From contig NC_043013.1 in NCBI RefSeq assembly GCF_006345805.1, positions 59,086,001-59,150,000 of the forward strand: 64,000 nt of DNA, given 5' to 3'. The position numbers and the translations under genes were made by a program. The stretch comes from Octopus sinensis. Lineage: Eukaryota. Every line of letters begins with the position of its first letter. The first letter of the stretch is position 1. Shown in pieces: positions 60,168-64,000 of the stretch. The notes beneath the pieces are model-generated. The model saw only the letters and a list, made by a program, of their open reading frames with translations, made no database searches and had not been told where the DNA came from.

Positions 60168-61224
60168 GTTCCTGTATGGACAATGTTGATTCGATGGAAG
60201 GAGTTAGTTAATGTGTAGCACAAACATTTGAGCATTACAAAGAAATCACCTGCACAGCTTGTTCAACAAGAATTTGTGGCATTGTTTTTCTGAGTGGTAC
60301 AGTAGGCAAATGCCTTTTACTATAATCCCAGGCTAATCAAAAACTTGTGAGTCGATTTGGTAGGTGGAAAGTGAAAGAAACCCATCATATACATGTGTGT
60401 GTGTGTGAGTGTTTGTATCTCCTTGTCTTGGCATCATGTAACCATTATGAGTGTCGCTATCATTCAAGCAATGTTCGTCATTTCCAGCCTTCTGTAAGAC
60501 ATATCCAACCATGGGGAAAATAATACCTTGCGTGGATACTGGTAAGCTTCAAGTCAAAGATGTGGTGCAACTTTTGAATGAAGAGTCGAGAATTTTGACT
60601 CAGGGCAGTAGTAGTTTGAAAAAAAGAACTGAACTGTTAGCACCATGTAGGTATGTGTCTAAGTATCTTTTATGCAAATACAAGCCTCCTTGAATTTCGA
60701 TCTGATTCAGAAAGAATGCTGGTTTCAAAATGTTTTATTAATAAGTTTTATTGATATATGTTTTAATATGTGAAGGTGCACGCCTATGTGTGCATATGTG
60801 CATATATGCATATATGTATTTGTATACATGAATATATAATTCTGTGTATATGTGTGTGTGTGAGTGTGCATATGTGTATATGTATATATTTGCATGGGTG
60901 CATACACACTCATTATTTTTAAAAACATTAATTAAAACTATTACTCAAAAACACTACTTAAACAGTAAAATACATACCTGTACGTGTGATTGTCTCTATG
61001 TGTAAGTATATGTGTATATAAATATATGAGTGTGTGTGTGAGTGTGTATAAGTACAACCACATGTATGAGTCATTCTATTATAGGCGTTTATGACACTGA
61101 CAAAATGTGTTGAATGCTAGATTCCTTTTTTTGTTCACCTACTTGTACAACTGCTCCAACTCCTGTCAATTGCTCCCCATAAATGAAAAATAAGCAATTG
61201 AAGACGGAGAGGAAGTACTTCTCT

Positions 61225-61620
61225 CTCTTTTTCTCTTTTACTTGTTTCAATCATTTGACTGCGGCCATGCTGGAGCACCGCCTTTAGTCGAGCAAATCGA
61301 CCCCGGGACTTATTCTTTGTAAGCCCAGTACTTATTCTATCGGTCTCTTTTGCCGAACCGCTAAGTGACGGGAATGTAAACACACCAGCATCGGTTGTCA
61401 AGCAATGCTAGGGAGACAAACACAGACACACACACATACATATATATACATATATACGACAGGCTTCTTTCAGTTTCCGTCTACCAAATCCACTCACAAG
61501 GCATTGGTCGGCCCGGGGCTATAGCAGAAGACACCTGCCCAAGATGCCACGCAGTGGGACTGAACCCGTAACCATGTGGTTGGTTAGCAAGCTACTTACC
61601 ACACAGCCACTCCTGCGCCT
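61225..61620 (-). mobile_element. Full-length SINE family B
   Basis: Family head and tail as at 41790. Confidence 0.85.
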
Positions 61621-62414
61621 ACTTGTATATTCATTGTAAACTCTCAACAGAGTCTAACACATACTCCTCAAGGTCGACTTTGGCTTTCATCCTTTTGGGG
61701 CCGATAAAATAATTACTAGTTGTGCGCTGAGGTAGATGTAATTGACTTACCCACTTCCCCAACCCTGTTGACTTGGTACTAAAGTTTGAAACCATTATTA
61801 ATATAGTTATTTTTACTGTTGTTGTTGTTGTTGTTGTTACTGCTGCTGTTGCTGTTGGTGTTGTTGTTGTTGTTGCTGTTGTTGTTGTGAACAAATGCCA
61901 TTCCATGCGGCTATTATCAGCACAGCTTTATATATTGTCAGACAGATTTATGATTTATAATTATTATTTTTTCCACCTTTTTTTGGGGTCACTCCTTTAA
62001 TGACCCTTTTGTTAATTTGTCATCTTAATCTCTGAACAAATACCAAAAGACAGACCAAAGTGTGCATAAGTTTGCATATATGCATTGTGTGCATGCAAGC
62101 ATGTGGATGTGTGTGTGTGTATGCATATATGTGTGTACCTGTATGCAGTGAATCATTTTTCTCTTTCCCACTCTCCTTCCATCTTGGCATTTCTTCTTCT
62201 GTAAGTGTGTTTATTATTTTGTAATTATTACATTCACACTAGTTATATTAATGCTCTTTCTGTGATTTTTTTTTATCATAGTCCAGAGACATGTGTTTTA
62301 GCCAGTTTGGACTTGGCTACACATTCTGGAAACTCCATAATAACAGCCAAAATAAACTATTTATATATAAACATATATATGTTATACAGGGGCAATAGAC
62401 ACCACAGATACTCA

Positions 62415-62750
62415 GAAAACAGATTCCGTCACACTCAAGGGGGAGAAACTAGAAGTAGTTGATAGATTCCGCTACCTAGGGGACCAAGTTAGTAGCGGGT
62501 GTGGATGCTCAGAGAGTGTTATCACTAGAATAAGAATAGCCTGGGCAAAGTTCAGAAAGCTTCTACCCTTACTGGCAACAAAGGGTCTCTCGCTCAGAGT
62601 GAAAGGTATATTGTATGATACATGTGTGTGAACTGCCATGCTTCATAGCAATGAAACATGGGCCATGACTGCGTAGGACATGCATAGGCTTGAAAGAGAT
62701 GAGGCTAGCATGATCCGCTGGATGTGTAATGTCAGTGTGCAGAGTAGAAA
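62415..62750 (+). pseudogene. RTE ORF2 fragment
   Basis: GEKLEVVDRFRYLGD...RIRIAWAKFRKLLPLLATKGLSLRVKG. Confidence 0.8.
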
Positions 62751-62754
62751 GAAC

Positions 62755-64000
62755 TATTCAATCTATGGAATACACCCATAAATGTTTTGTGTAGAAATAT
62801 AGTTGTTTCAGTCGAAGTTTCAAATGCAGCTGAGGGAACTGAAGCACAAAATCGCAGTAAAACAAAGTGGAATGCCTGTATGTAGGTCAAAAAGAAATGT
62901 ACCGTTTGCAGCAATAGATCTGGTTAACAAAGAACTGGAAAGACTGGGAAGTCCTGAGATAATTGTAAAAGAATGACCATGCAGACTGGGCAGGACTGAC
63001 AGTTTATGTGAAAAAGAAGAATGACAAACAAAGAGTTTGTACTGATTTTTCAAAAAGGGTGAACAAATTTTTAGTCGCACATACTCACATTTGTTTAAAA
63101 AATTAACACACACTGTGGCTTATATTAAATTTAAAAGTCTAGATTCTTGCTGAAAAGAAGAAAAAAACTCAAATACTTGGGACAAGTAATTGAAGACAAT
63201 GGAATGCAGTTTGTGTCAAGCAAATTAAAAAAAAATTGTGAAATGTTCACGGTAGAACATATAACTATAGCGCCATACCATCCCAGATCTAATGGACAGG
63301 TGGAATGCTTTGTTGATACCTCCAAAAGAGCTTTAAGAAAAGCAAGTAAGGAAAACATGGATGAGGTAGCTCTACAACAATTCTTAAGAATGTACCGTGT
63401 AACACCAAATCTGAATATACCAGCAGGAAGCTCACCAGCGGAGCTGATATTTGCAAGGAAAGTAGTCAGATTTTGATAACTTGCCACTTGGCAGGAAAAG
63501 AAAAAGTGCCAGGGAAGACACAGTAAGACTTTTTAAAGTTGGTGATAAGGTGTATGTGAGGAAATGGAAAGCATAACTTACAAGAAGGCGAAATTACCAA
63601 ACGCATAGGTAAAATGGTGTATTGGGAAAAAAGTAGAAAAGGCATACAAAAGAAACATAGGAACCAACAGGAAAAGAGATCTGTGGAAAGCGAACCCAAG
63701 AAGTTGGAGGAACCAATGGAATGGTTGTACGATATGTTCCAAGTATCAATGCCATTGCAGGCGATTGAACCTAGGAGTACAAGTGAGAAGCACAAAAAAT
63801 ACTGTGTGTAACTAAAAAGAAAAAAGAAGTCTAAAAAGGGAGGTTGGGGTGATGAAAAAATTATTGCTAAATAAAACTTAAGAGAGGAGATGTTGTAGGG
63901 AATTAGTAATAATAATGCACACTTCCCATGTGATGAGTGGAATAGCCAGTCACTATAAGTAAGGTGACGTTGGCCAGTATTGGGGAGTACATCATAGACT
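62755..64000 (+). mobile_element. Second Ty3/Gypsy remnant: RT N-terminus joined to integrase core, PPT, start of 3' LTR
   Basis: PVCRSKRNVPFA...VYVKKKN...RVCTDF, then DNGMQF...APYHPRSNGQVE...SPAELIF. PPT at 63880-63890 and LTR TGTTGTA from 63891. Confidence 0.8.

Overview
AT-rich eukaryotic, repeat-saturated DNA with no supportable host gene. The SINE/RTE families look like those of octopus genomes; this is recognition from memory, not a database result. Contents: (1) A ~14.8 kb satellite of ~360 x 41-bp monomers (7061-21890). It sits inside one RTE LINE insertion (6511-22169), and its monomer is homologous to that LINE's ORF2-terminal sequence. (2) Many Penelope-like (PLE) remnants, several as inverted or foldback pairs, carrying hammerhead-ribozyme (HHR) folds with palindromic helix III. 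Two look complete (37356-37403, 39228-39318), some are decayed, and several have recurrent non-canonical cores. (3) Decayed autonomous elements: mariner, Tc1, an R4/Dong-like LINE in (TAA)n, two RT-deleted Ty3/Gypsy elements, RTE fragments and a PLE GIY-YIG remnant. (4) Two inverted non-autonomous Helitrons, MITEs, many tRNA-derived SINEs and microsatellites. (5) A 1.3 kb copy of nearby DNA inserted with a ~70-bp target duplication. Most ORFs in the supplied track are microsatellite or satellite artefacts. All alignments and folds were done by eye, and outer boundaries are approximate unless defined by TIR/TSD.
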